Of a stretch of 64,000 bases of DNA, positions 40,382 through 52,212 are shown piece after piece. The DNA is taken from NCBI GenBank assembly GCA_001244265.2, contig CDLV01000020.1, positions 310,001-374,000 on the forward strand. The letters are read 5' to 3'. Each line of letters begins with the position of its first letter. The stretch's first letter is position 1. The notes under the pieces were generated by a model, which ran no database searches, was not told the DNA's origin, and saw only the letters and a program-made list of their open reading frames with translations. The stretch comes from Microbotryum violaceum (lineage: Eukaryota). The position numbers and the translations under genes were made by a program.

Positions 40382-41857
40382 GCACCGTCACAATCCGAAC
40401 TGACTGAATTAACTGAACCCGACCGCGGCAGACCGCCGCCCAGCAGGTCCTCGGACTTTCGATTTCAGACACTGCGATTTAAGTGGGGCGGGTGCCGTGG
40501 CCTGCTCAGCTCTGCTTAGCTGGTTGAGATTCAAACTTCACAATCCGTAACATCGAGTCGCGATCCTACAATTTTCGTCCCGGCCTGGAGACAGAAAGCT
40601 GCTTGAAAATAATCGTATTTCTTGTAGACGGAACTAGGTCGGTAGATAGCTTTTGAAGCTTCATTTGCTGCCCCGACTGTGAGATCTCAAGGCTGGAAGG
40701 GAGAAAGCCTTCTCTCAGAGGTAGCTGGGTAGATTATCACACCAGGGAACTACACGAGAGAATGCAACGCCTCTTGAAAGCCTTCAAAGACCAAAAATAA
40801 AACTCCCCGAAGCGACACTCCTTGTAGCGGATGCGCTTGCACAGCGCCCCTGTCTTCCGAAAAGAAAACCGTGACCTCCGGTCGTGGTCGGCCCGGTATT
40901 CGTCACATGGGGTGTCCAGTCGTCTAGCAACGGGTGCCTTGGTAGTAGTTAATAGACACAGCTACTAGGCACGTTAGGCAGTAGGCAGCTATCGAGGTAC
41001 GTAGTTAGTAGATGCTCACCTAAAAGGTACCGTTGATATCCAGAATTCTGAAGATCATGGATTAAATCGTTCAGATCCTCTAAGTTTCACTTCTAAGGGA
41101 CATCTGCCTATAAGGCACACATGTATCGGAAGCCGCTCGCCACCCGACCTACTTGCCATGGCTGGCATGTGCGCCGCGTGAGCAACCGTGAGATGTAGAC
41201 CCATTTGTCTAGGCGAGCCGGTGACTCGAGTTCGCCGACTCCGAGTTCTAGCAAAGTCGTGCCTGTGGCTGATGGCAACTGTAGCGTACCAAGAGCCCCT
41301 GACAGGGCCAGTGTCGGTGTCGCAAAAGCCCGACGGGGTTAAGCCTTGGTCCCTGGAACCTGAATCAGTTTCGGACCTAGCTGGTCTACGAAGTGCCCCA
41401 GATCAGCACGTGTTGAGGCCATTGGGCTGAGTTTTTCCCCCAACTCGGATGCGCACAAACAAGAAATCCCGCAAGCGCGTGGCGCGTTAGCCTGGTCTGC
41501 GATCGACGTCATCGTCAGAGCGAGATCCTCAAGCGGCTGCGGTGCACTACCCCAAAACTCGCAGTGCGAATGCCACCCATCATGGGACGTTCCACAGATG
41601 CTGGCTCCGGCGACAAATAGGTTTCGCCCAGGCTAAAGTGTTGTTGCCGGCCCACACTTGTCACGGTGGCCGGCAACGCGTACAGTAAAGTAGAAAGAAA
41701 AAATTAGTCAGCAGCATCTCGTGGGTCGACCTATTTCGTCTGGTGAGATAAATCAGCCATAGAAATCGAAGAAGGCACGTGAATGCATTTTCCACACAGC
41801 TCCGGCTTGACATGAGAGAAACCTATCTACCTCCATCGTGAATGGTTCAACATCAAT

Positions 41858-44800
41858 TCACACTGCCAAGATACAAGGACTGTGTTCACATAGGCCCGAA
41901 GGACAACTCGCAAGCAGTTCCTCCTGCTCCTTCAGGCGCTGAGCAAATGTAGTGCCACATTCGATGCTTATCCGCGGCTCGGACTGCTCAGAGGTTGGAC
42001 TCTCTTCCCCCCACATCCATGCGCGTAGAGGAGCCAAAAACCCAGGAGTGGAAAGGTGTGATGGGTAAGCGGACGCCGAGCTGGCGACTGAGCTCCTCCT
42101 AGTCCCGAAATTGCGATCCGGCGTCGGAGATTTGGTCGGCTCGGAGCACTCGTTCGCAGAGACCGCGCTGGCGTACAGTGCGAGGCATGTTGGGTGGGCG
42201 CCGTGACCGCAGACGGCGCAAAAGACCAGCAGCGCGTCAACGTTGCGTTGGCAGATGCAACAACGGGTGGCTCGGGCCGAGCACCGAACGCACGCATTGA
42301 AGGGAGGTCCTTCCAAAGCTTTACCACAGTTGCCGCAAGCGGTATGAAAGGTCACCGAGGTCTGAATAATGTGCAAACAGTCCAAAGGAAGCGATCAGTC
42401 GTTGAAGGAGGTGCAGAAGATCAATCTCCAATGAGGTTGCTCACCTGAGCTTTCTCCCGCAACTTCACGACAGGAGTGTACTTTTGTAACGAAGCTGCCG
42501 CGATGTGCAACTCTGCGGCATTGAGCGAGTCTGTGAGGCAGCACACGGTCGCCGTGAGGGGGAAGTCACGGAAGGCAGGCAGAAGGATAAGATCCAACGA
42601 ACCTAGGTATGCCTGTGTAACGCGTGCAACAAACAGCGAGTCCAGCTCAACGTCGCGATCCTGCAAGACGCAGCATGCGACCGCGCAGAGCTGCGAATCT
42701 CCCTGAGCTCGCCCCAACCCCCCAAAGTCAGTCAACGGTCAATGACCATACAGCAGTCGACAGATAACGGCAGCTAAATCACGCTTTGCACTCACATCAT
42801 CGGCAAAGCCCTGTAGCACCGAAGCGATCTGCCTCTTCATTATCTCGGTCGCCTCTTTGAGGCGATGGCTCATCGCTTGGGCCCGCTGAGTATTCAGTAC
42901 CAGCAGCTCGATCTGCTCCCTCTCGACCGTAGCAGCTTGGAGATCGTTCGAATTGCGCGCTTGAGTCCCCGGGGGTGCCAGCGATCCTCTTCGAGAGTTG
43001 ATCAGGCCGACCACGGTCGGGTCTGCCGATACGGCGCGACTTCCATTGATCTGCGCCGCCATAAAGGCTTCACGTAGGTGTGTCGGTCGGCGTTTGTCGC
43101 TCGTGCTCGAGCTGGCCCGCCGCGAACGCGCGATTTGGAACGAAGTGAGATGATCTCTACGGAATATGCCTCCACCGTCTTCTTCGCCCGATTCGGTCTC
43201 GGAACTTGAACCTGGAGGGCGGGCGGGCCCTGTGCGGTGCCTTGAGCCGGAAGGTCTCGACGCCTCGAGAGCGTTATCGATGGGAGTCGCGGTGCCACTT
43301 AGGTTTGTACCACCAAAAGTCGAGCTCGTCGACCTTCGTCCCATGGCGAGTCCTGAGCCATTAGTATTGAGGGGCCTCAGCGATGTCAAGCCTCCCAGTC
43401 CAGCCCTGACAGCGCTGCCTGAACTGGAAGAGCTGAGCTTCCGCGCCGCGCTCATTTTGAAATGGGATTCAGTTTCAGAATCACTCGACGTCGAGCTCAA
43501 ATCACGGTAGTAAGCTTGCGATGTGGGTTGAGAGCGATCCTCGGCGTGGGGCGAATCGGTTTCACTCGATGTGGACTCTTCGGCAAAGTCCGGGAGTGGA
43601 ACCTTGTTCGAAATGTCCGTCGGCCCAACGTGAGGCGATGTGGTCACGGACCGTCGGGAGTTGGCGTATGCGGAAGAGTGAGGAAATCGGAGCCGATGCG
43701 ATGATGTCCCAAAGATCGCTGGAGCGGCAAGAACATCGGGTTTGAACGAAGGAGGGGCTTCGTCTTTGAGAGGTGTCGCGGACGACCATTCGGGGGGCGT
43801 CGTGCCTTCGAGCCAAATTTTAAGGATCCTCCAAAACTGGCACCTGTCCAGTCGTTCGGCGTACTCATAGGTCTGCAAGTGTTGAATCGGTCAGTGACTG
43901 TGTTATAATTTGCTTGGGCTACAAGTGCGGCGGCGGAGTCATGTCCCACTCACCTTGGCATTGGTTTCGCACATTTCCGCAAAGCTGAGTCCCCCGACCA
44001 CGAGACTGTTCGCCAGGTTTGCGAACTGGCTGGCCGAGAACTCGGGATCAAATTGCTGCAACGTGTTGATGTAAGCCGTTGATTGATACATGCGAGCTTC
44101 CAGACCCTGTTGGTCGACTTGGTCTTCGATCCTGGCCGAGCGGAACTCGAACGGTACGTCATGGCTCGTACGGGCTTCGTCGACGAAAGACATCGTTCCA
44201 TCGAATGACCAAGCCGGTGTCGCTCGCGGGATGCTGTCCAGCAATACGTAAGAATCGGCATTGATGTCGTGTTGTTGGAAGGTCGAGTTCGACTTGGAGA
44301 CGGTCCAGAGTGTTTCGTCATCGTTGTAAAGGATCGCTGAGGGGTGCTCATCCGTTTTGAGCGCGTACTTGGGGAAGTGTGGCCTTCGGACGTCCCAGAC
44401 CTCGATCTCTGTCTTCCAACCCGCTGCGGCGCGGTCGAGACCACCCGATGTATCGCCGCCATCCGAATTGCCTTCCTCTGAGAGCAAGGACAGAGGGCTG
44501 GTCGCGAGCTCGGTCGGCTTTGTCGGATGCCAAGCGACGGTCGCAGCCGGTTGAGCAGGGTACAGCGTTCGGAAAGGTTTGGTCGCGATCGTCGCCCCTG
44601 AAAAGTCCCAGATCTTGATCGTACGATCCAATCCACTGGTCACGACCCACCCACCGTCTCTGGTCCCGCCTGCGCTGTCTGTGCGCTCATGGTAGAACCC
44701 GTCTCGCCAGTCCAATGAAAGGCAAGCATCGGTATGACCGGCAATGCGGTCCGTCACTCCACCCGTTCTTTGGTTGACGTTTCTGACGTCGAAGCGGATC

Positions 44801-46699
44801 AAGGTCCCCGAGGCGCAAGCGGCGAGCAACGTCCACGGTTGCGATGAGGAGGGGGAGAAAGCGAGATGCTTGACGGGGGACGCCGTCTTGAGTTTCCGTG
44901 TTTGGTTTGGGCCCTCGCGCACATCCCACAACTTGATCAAGCCGTCCTGACCACCACTGGCCACCCATGACCCGGTGCTGCCACCGAATAAGACGCGATT
45001 GACTTTGCGGTCGTGTTCGTGCCGAACCTGGTCGACTCGATTCGAGTCGTCTTTGTTCAGGTCCCACAACACAACGGTGCCATTCGTGGAGGCGGTGGCC
45101 AGCTTTGTCGAAGTGGCCGCATAGCCCCACGCCACATCGCTGAAGAGGTGAGCGCCGCCTAGTCGAGAACCCATTTTGACATCGAGCACCTCGTTGATGC
45201 CATCTCTCTCCACTCGACGCTCGGGTGCAGCGCTGTCTTCGCTCGAACCCACGTATCCATCCGAGGCGGTGGTACCACGCGATCTTGAGCGACGGCATGC
45301 AATCGAAACGGTCGATATGGCCGACGCGTTGGGATCCACAGTACGGCGCACACCTCCGCGGGGAACTTTCAGTATCCTCAGACCTGCAAACGGCAGGCGC
45401 GTTCAATACTGAGCGGGTTCATAATTAACAGCAAATTTTAGGCGGCCACTTACAGGTCCGCCCAGCTACTGCTACTCTTCCTTCGCCGTCCTCCTTGGGC
45501 TTGGCCATGGCGACCATACCCCGCTCCCTCGAGACAACGCCAATCGAGTATCGCATCGCGCGTGAATGCTCCTTCAGCTTCCGCCCGCCTCCGAGCGGAT
45601 TCTCCCCGTTGTAGCGTCGGCTGGTTCCGGCGAAAGCATTCTCCGCAGACCAAGATCCGGCGGGCGAGTTATTAAATGCCGAGGATCCGGCTGAAGACTG
45701 ATGGGAGCCCGAGGCTTGTATCGGCGCTGGACCGTTCGAGGCTTGGGACCGGATATGGCCCGACACACGATTGAATATACTCGTACCGGCCTGCTGAAAC
45801 TGGTTCTGATAGCGGATGTAGAACGCGGCCGGGTCTTCGAAGGAAAATGCTGCATTTGCGCCAAAGAAATGACTGGCGTTGACATCGGCGGGATAGTACG
45901 ATGACGACGAGACGTAGGACGAGGTGGCCGCAGGAAGGGCCTCGAACCCGCCGTAGGAATTGTGAGAGGTTGATGAGCTTTGGCCATAGTTGAGACTCCA
46001 CGACGACGAGTCGCTGGCGCTGGTTGCAGCAGTTCGAAGCTGAGGCTCACGCGAGCGGGGCGGGTCACTGGAGCTTCTTGCGATCGGGGGCGCGGTGTAA
46101 GCCGACGACGGCGACGGCGATGCCCGCGCAAGCAACGGTTTCCTCGCGGCAGCCTTGACGATGTTGGAGCTCGAAGTGGGTGCTGCTGTCGTCGTACTTG
46201 GGATCGTAGTCGATGTGACGGTGGGGTCGTGGCTGGCGTGGGCGAGTGCTTCGAGCGCATCAACGGCGGTGGTTGGCGCCCCACTTGCGCTCGTCGCGGA
46301 GACGCCCGCGGTGGTCGCGCCGGAGCTCACATCGGCCGAAGCGCTCGCTCCCGTGTTGAGACTCGCGGTCGCACCATCAGCAGCCCCTGCGACGACTCTG
46401 AGTGGCGAAGGCATTAAGGACGTGTTGGGCGCCGCAACGATGGCGATGACGGAGGTCGTATCGAGGCTGATCGCAGCTGGCGCGGACGAGGTCGAGGCCG
46501 GCGAAGCAGCCAGCGACGGGGCCGGTGAGGTCAACGTGGATCCGAGCGAAGGGTGGCCAGGAGTAGAGGGCGTGTACGGCTCGACGGTGGCGGCACTTGT
46601 CGTGGCCGTCGTTGGTGCTAGTCGTGAGAGCGTCGAAACGAAGGCGCCATGAGCGGTCCTCCGACGAGGCGCTGTGGGGCGATCGTTCGACGACGGCAT
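41858..46699 (-). CDS. RTC1: SEACAT/GATOR2 subunit Sea2/Rtc1 (WDR24)
   Basis: WD40 repeats (HDRKVNRV, SGGQDGLIKLWDVR, GLDRTIKIWD, IEVWDVRRPHFP), MCETNA, C-terminal CGNC..CVRC..CCIC..CAVCGHGAH..C..CPSG Zn/RING. Confidence 0.9.
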
Positions 46700-48199
46700 G
46701 GCGGGTGTGACCCCACGTTACAGTGGAATCGACACACACCGCGCGAGCTTCTCCGTCGGGTTGATATGTTTTGGTATCCGACCGCACGATGCGACAGGAA
46801 AGTAGTCAATCGTTTTGGAGCGAAGCGAGTGAGTGAAGCCAGCGCGGCTCAGCGGTCCTCATGCCTCCAGCCAGCCAGAGCGAGAGCCGCGCTGAGTGAG
46901 CCACGGTGAAACTGACTTTGAGTCGCCGAAAATTGTACAGCCGAATACGCTTGCAGTGGCCGAGTGCAGTCAAGTCGTGCTCGTCATCATCGAAGTGATC
47001 CAGTGTATATTGGTCTGAGCGATCTAGGCTATCGTCAGTTTCGACTGGTAGGTTTGGTGTCTGTTGGAACGACTCAAACGAGCCGAGGATGGCGGGTCGG
47101 TGGGACTGCTGGCGGCGCCAACCAGGGTCACGAGACTCCGCCAGGCAAACCCACCTTGTTTGCCTCCCTTGACATCATCGGCTCCGTGAGGTTTGATGTC
47201 CATATTAGTCACGATGGTTCTGAAAAGGCGCCCTTCACACGCCAGATCCTTGTAAATCTTGTTCAATCCGACGGAAAGGTCTGGGGCCTCAAGAGTGATA
47301 CTTTCAAAAACCTCAGCTCGTCCTGACCGGCTGGAACAGGGTATCGATTCTTAGTTCGGTAAGCACCTCATTCCACCACATTATTCGCCCCACGTACGTG
47401 ATATCTGTGTACTGGGGAACTGAATTTGACTTGACGGTTCCTTTAGAGCACTGAGGCTCGAGTCGACTGCCACCTTGTCGGACAACTATGATTCGTCGCC
47501 TCGGGTCGCCGTGGAAGCTGCTCGATCAAGTGCACAGCGTAGGCCAGACTTTCGGGCTACTTAGACCCACGTTGTCCCATAATATCCACATTATTTCGTT
47601 TCCAATATTGCCATGGTAATATTCCCACCTGCCTATACCTCCTTGAACCGTTCTAAAGCTACTGCACAAAGCGTCTAAGGGCAAGAGTTGGCGTCATACC
47701 ACTCGTGTTTAGGCAGACCTCGGCTGCTTCGCCCGGGAACCTCGGCAATACCATAGCGGTGACACCGTTCAGTGCTCATTCTTGTAGGAAATAATGCTGA
47801 TTCAGTTGTCACTAAATGCAAATGAAGATTGGGTTTACTGAACAAAGATCATATTATGAAGGAGGCTCCGTGACACTAGCGAGGGAAGGCGGTGACGGTA
47901 CGAGCAATACAAATTTTAATAAATAAACCGATAAGAGAAGAGCCAGACCAATACAGAGGTTACTTCAAGGGATGAACGCATGCGTTGGTTCGGGGTTCGA
48001 CATCACAGCCGTACAAATGCTCAGATGTCCAGTCTGCTTAAAACCGCCAATTGCTGCGCATTATTGTTAGTGAGGCAGAGAAGTTGCGGGGCTGTTAGAA
48101 GACGCAAAGGGAAAGGGTACATGGGGGTGAATGACGAGAAAGAGTGCAGTCAGTATTATGCGAGGTCGTGAGTTTGACCCAGGGCATCCAGAAACGAAC

Positions 48200-49260
48200 T
48201 CACCAAACCTGAAGATTGGTGCACGCCTGCTTCGCCGCCCTGATCGGGACGTTCTTGGCTAGGTCCGCGCACTGGCCCGGAATACCATGCACCACCTCAC
48301 CAACGAAGCGGAACCGCTCAAACCCGCCACTTTCGAGCTGGATCCTACACTGGTTGCCGTCGTAGAAGGCGAAAGAGGCGCAGCTGCGCAACAGGCAATA
48401 AGCAGCACAGGCTTGGACCGAAGCGACAGTTCTGATAGAGTGCTACCGGCTGGGTCTCGCAGGGTCTGTGAGTGGGATGAGAAGGATGAAACGGTGAGCA
48501 TCCTCGATCGCAAGAGACGAGTCGCAGAGAAAAATAGGTTCAACGCCCACTCACGCCTCGGAGACACATGCACCGTTCGACTTTCGGAACCCATCGTTGC
48601 ACTGGACGTCACACTTGTCGCGGAAGCAAATCGCAGTCCCATAGGCGATCGAAGGGTTTTGGTACGGGTCACACGGCGGACGAACGCATTGCCCATCGAC
48701 CTTGGTGAAGCCCGAGTTGCAGCACAACAGATTGCAGGCACCCGGGGCAATACAGATTGGAGTGGCTCGAGCACCGCGAGGGACTTTGGCGGGGTTGAAG
48801 ACGGTGGTGCACTTGCCATCGACTTAGCTGAATCCGGCGCTGCATTGGAAGTTGCATCGATGGTGGGAGCAGATTGATCGAGCGTTGTTCGCCTGAGGGT
48901 ACTGCGACGGAACGCAAGGAGTGGGCGTGCATACGCCGTTGACCTTGCTGAAGCCGGCGTCCCAGAGCAGGTCACACACGCGCGAGGTATTACAGATCAG
49001 CGTGGCTCGGGCACCTCGAAGACACTGGGTAGGATCGCAAGCACATGCGCCACCGCTCTTTTGTAACACGCCATTGCAGGTAAATCCACACGCTCCGACC
49101 GAGTTACAAATGCTGACAACGTTCGCAACGACAGGACACGCGTCTTAGCAGTCTGCTATGTTCATTAACGTTTGGCACATACTTACATTTTGCGCAAATT
49201 GGAACCGACTCGCTAACTGCGTGCTGCATGCCCGATATGGCATGTTCTTAGTACTACTAC
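48200..49260 (-). pseudogene. Cys-rich repeat, probably extracellular protein with a PAN/apple-like C-terminal exon; in-frame stop
   Basis: Five ~37-aa repeats of C..C.F/L.C..GF.K..G.C. TAA at 48824-48826 interrupts repeat 3. Last exon reads SVQACAAYCLLRSCASFAFYDGNQC. Confidence 0.7.
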
Positions 49261-49390
49261 CTGACACTGTCAGCTCTGTCAGAGGTTCAGGGAGCCCTCG
49301 CTTCCTCCGGGACCGCCTTAGTAGAAAAACAATTGAGAAAAATTGCTGAATGAAAATTAAAGAGAAAACCCAGTCGTCGCACTTGCGAAG

Positions 49391-49570
49391 TGAGACTCGC
49401 CTCCGTTGTTCGGAGAGTGAGAACCCACTAGGAGAGCCGGCACGCGCGAGTTCGAACACGGGTGCGAGCGCCACTGAATCTCGCACCTCCCCGCACTAAC
49501 GCCGATCCAGCAATAGGTCCCGGCCGCGCTTCCGGTTCCGACGCGTGCTCTCTCGCAAGAATCAGTCTCA
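49391..49570 (+). ncRNA. Candidate structured RNA element B (same architecture as A)
   Basis: Outer stem TGAGACT/AGTCTCA, stem GCACGCG/CGCGTGC, 8-bp hairpin GGTGCGAG/CTCGCACC, and motifs TTCGA, CCCCG, GATCCAGC, AGGTC in the same order as in A. Confidence 0.4.
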
Positions 49571-49891
49571 ATCAGCACCACGGCTTTCGGGGCGGGAGGA
49601 CTTTAGGGAGGTAAATATTTAAGCGCCTAGAATGGGTAGGTTGGTATTAGCATTGCATTGATTGTGTCTGGCCGTTTCGGGAGCTTACTTGGTCCTGAAA
49701 ATTATTCCCTCGAGTCCGCCTGTGATCCCTCTTCCTTTCTCTCTCTTTATCTTCTTCTTCGTCCTTCCTTTCCATCACCAAGTACCACCGAGACTTGCAA
49801 CATTCAATACCTTGCTTATCTTTCTGAGCATCTTCAACCTCCTTACCTCATCCTCATTCGCTCCCAAACCCTCTCGCATCGCACATCCACC

Positions 49892-51247
49892 ATGCTTTCG
49901 GCTCCAACCGGAATCGCTCTTGTGGGGGGTATTCCAACGAAATCTCAAGATCTCGCAGGGTGAGTGAGATCTGACCCTAAGTGGTGCATCATACGTCCGA
50001 CAAGACTGCAGAGACCTAATCAATCGTGTTTGCATACCCGCATTCTGAAGCTCCATCATCTTCGCCATTGCTTTCGCGCTTCTGGCTCCATTGGCAATCT
50101 ATCGATTCTCGCAGCCGTCGTCGCGCACGACGACCTTGATCCGACCGGCCATCTTCATCGTCGCCCGTATCGCTACCTATTGCATCCGAGCCGTCATCGC
50201 GAATGGTGAATACGCGATCGGTCTTTTCACCACTGAACTTGCAAGTCCCACTCCCTCAGCTCCGAGCTCAAGCGGTACCCTTCCGCATCAGCCGAGTCAA
50301 GGTCAGGGACGAGTGCTAATTCTGTCCTCGTTCCCTCGCTTGTCTTAGATCCTCCTTTTGACGGGTTCCATCCTCCTGTGCGAACCTCTGCTCAATATGC
50401 TCGAAGCGCATGTCACGCGCCACCGTGAACCTTCAATCTACAACAAAGACTTGATGGACCGAGCGGTGCGTTTGCTCAAGTTGGCGCTCCTCATTGCCCT
50501 TATTCTCGGCATCGTTGTGAGTTCCCCTTGCGCCTTTGCTTTTTGTGTGAGATGATGATATCTAATGCGTTATTATTCTACTCCGGGTTCGAAAGGCCGG
50601 TTCTTCCATCGGTGGTGTGGAGGACGGAACGGGGAGTCTCTCGTCGTACAAGACCGAGCGGTGCGTCACTTACCGCGCCTCCTATTCGCTCCTCCCATCT
50701 CCTGCTCGATCTCCTTTGCTCATCCGACTTGTCCCCCATATTTATCTCGCCCCCAGCAACACGAAAGTCATCATCACTCTTGCCGTTGTCCTTCTCACCA
50801 TCGTCGTGTCTGTGATCGCTCAAGCACAGCAATCACTCCCCATGACCGCCACTCTGCACCTGATCGTTTGCGCGGCTCTGCTCGTGAAATTTTGCGTTGA
50901 CACCTGTTCCCTGTGTCTCTTCGCCACGGGGAACTCAAGGACTCAACTTCCCTTTTATCTTTCCTTTTCAGGCCTTGAACGCCATCTTCAAGCTCTACAC
51001 CTGCCTCAAGCCCGGTGACCCCTTCTCGACTCGCACCAAAGTGATGTTTTACGCCCTCCTTTCAACGCCCGAGTGGCTCGTGACCTTGCTTTACCTCGTC
51101 TTCAACATCCAGGAGTTGTACCAGCTGCAAGAACACGCCAGGAAAGTCAAGGAGGAGAAAAGGATGAAGAAGGCGGCCAAGAAGGCAGCCAAGAATGGTG
51201 GAGGAGCGGAAGATTTGGAACAGGGCAAGAACTTTTTATCCCAATGA
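49892..51247 (+). CDS. Multi-pass (about 7 TM) fungal membrane protein of unknown function
   Basis: MLSAPTGIALVGGIPTKSQDLA.., hydrophobic exons (LIRPAIFIVARIATYCIRA; FYALLSTPEWLVTLLY), Lys-rich tail, GT-AG introns. Confidence 0.75.
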
Positions 51248-52212
51248 GAATGATGTGCTTCTCAGTGCCCGCTCTCTCTGAGCTCGTATCACTTTGTCGT
51301 TTTCGCGACGCCACTCTGGAAGTGGTGATTACTATTACTTTTGCTTGGTACGCCTTTGGTCATGCAATTATAGAGGTTATGATCTCAACGTTTCAAGGTT
51401 CTTCGGCCGGCTTGTTCACCTCATCGACGGTCGAGATGCCTTCTCGAACATTGTCCACTCCACACGCGCGACAAACGACCTCGATCTCTTCGTGCAACGA
51501 TCGCACTTGCTCGCGAGGGATCCCATGAGTCTTCTCTCAACGTCAAATACTTGGAGTTTTCCTTTCGTATCGTTTTCTTCTACTTCCTTGTCAATCCCTT
51601 AGAAAAAATCCGGGTCCGTGTTTGTTTGCGGCACTGCAATCTGAAAAGGCCAGTCCGGTGGACAGGCCAATCGGTGCGCGCCATACATAGTCAGCACTGC
51701 CTGTCGCGTTCTCTGGGTATGCCCATCGTCCTCTGCTTGCCGACGAAAGCCGCGACCAGAAGCAACTTGACTGGTCAACAGTTTAAAAAAGGTCCTGTCG
51801 TGGCCAGTATCTCCTCTGAGGTCAACATGCTTTGACGAATACATATTTTACCGCCAGTTCCGAGAAGGTCCGATTCAGGACGAGATCCCGTGTTCACAAC
51901 CGAACCGAATGATGCTCGGGACAAATCCTTCTCACACAATCTTCCTCCCTTTTCCATCTTTTGATTTGGACTTCAGACTCGTCGTTAAAACACATACACA
52001 TTCGCACAGCAGACGTACAGCACAATAGCCTTACTTCGAGGAGAGGGGAAGGTGAGGGAACACAAGACAGCGCCACTAGCGAACCTTGCTGTGGTTCCAC
52101 GTCTTGGGCGCAGGAGGATACGAAAGACAGTGCAAGGAGTGGGGGAATGATGATAGGAGGAGGTGAAAGATGGCCTGATGTGGACACGGGGCGGAAGGTA
52201 GAAGAAGATAGC

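Noticed and set aside
47024..47330. Short minus-strand ORF between RTC1 and the Cys-repeat gene
   Set aside because: No ATG start, family motif or convincing exon chain; at best a gene remnant.
49400..49620. U1 snRNA (ATATTTACCT on minus strand), RNase MRP (AAAGTCCTCC) or TPP riboswitch
   Set aside because: Only short partial matches. The U1-70K loop, MRP P1-P3/CR-V and the TPP CTGAGA element are all absent.
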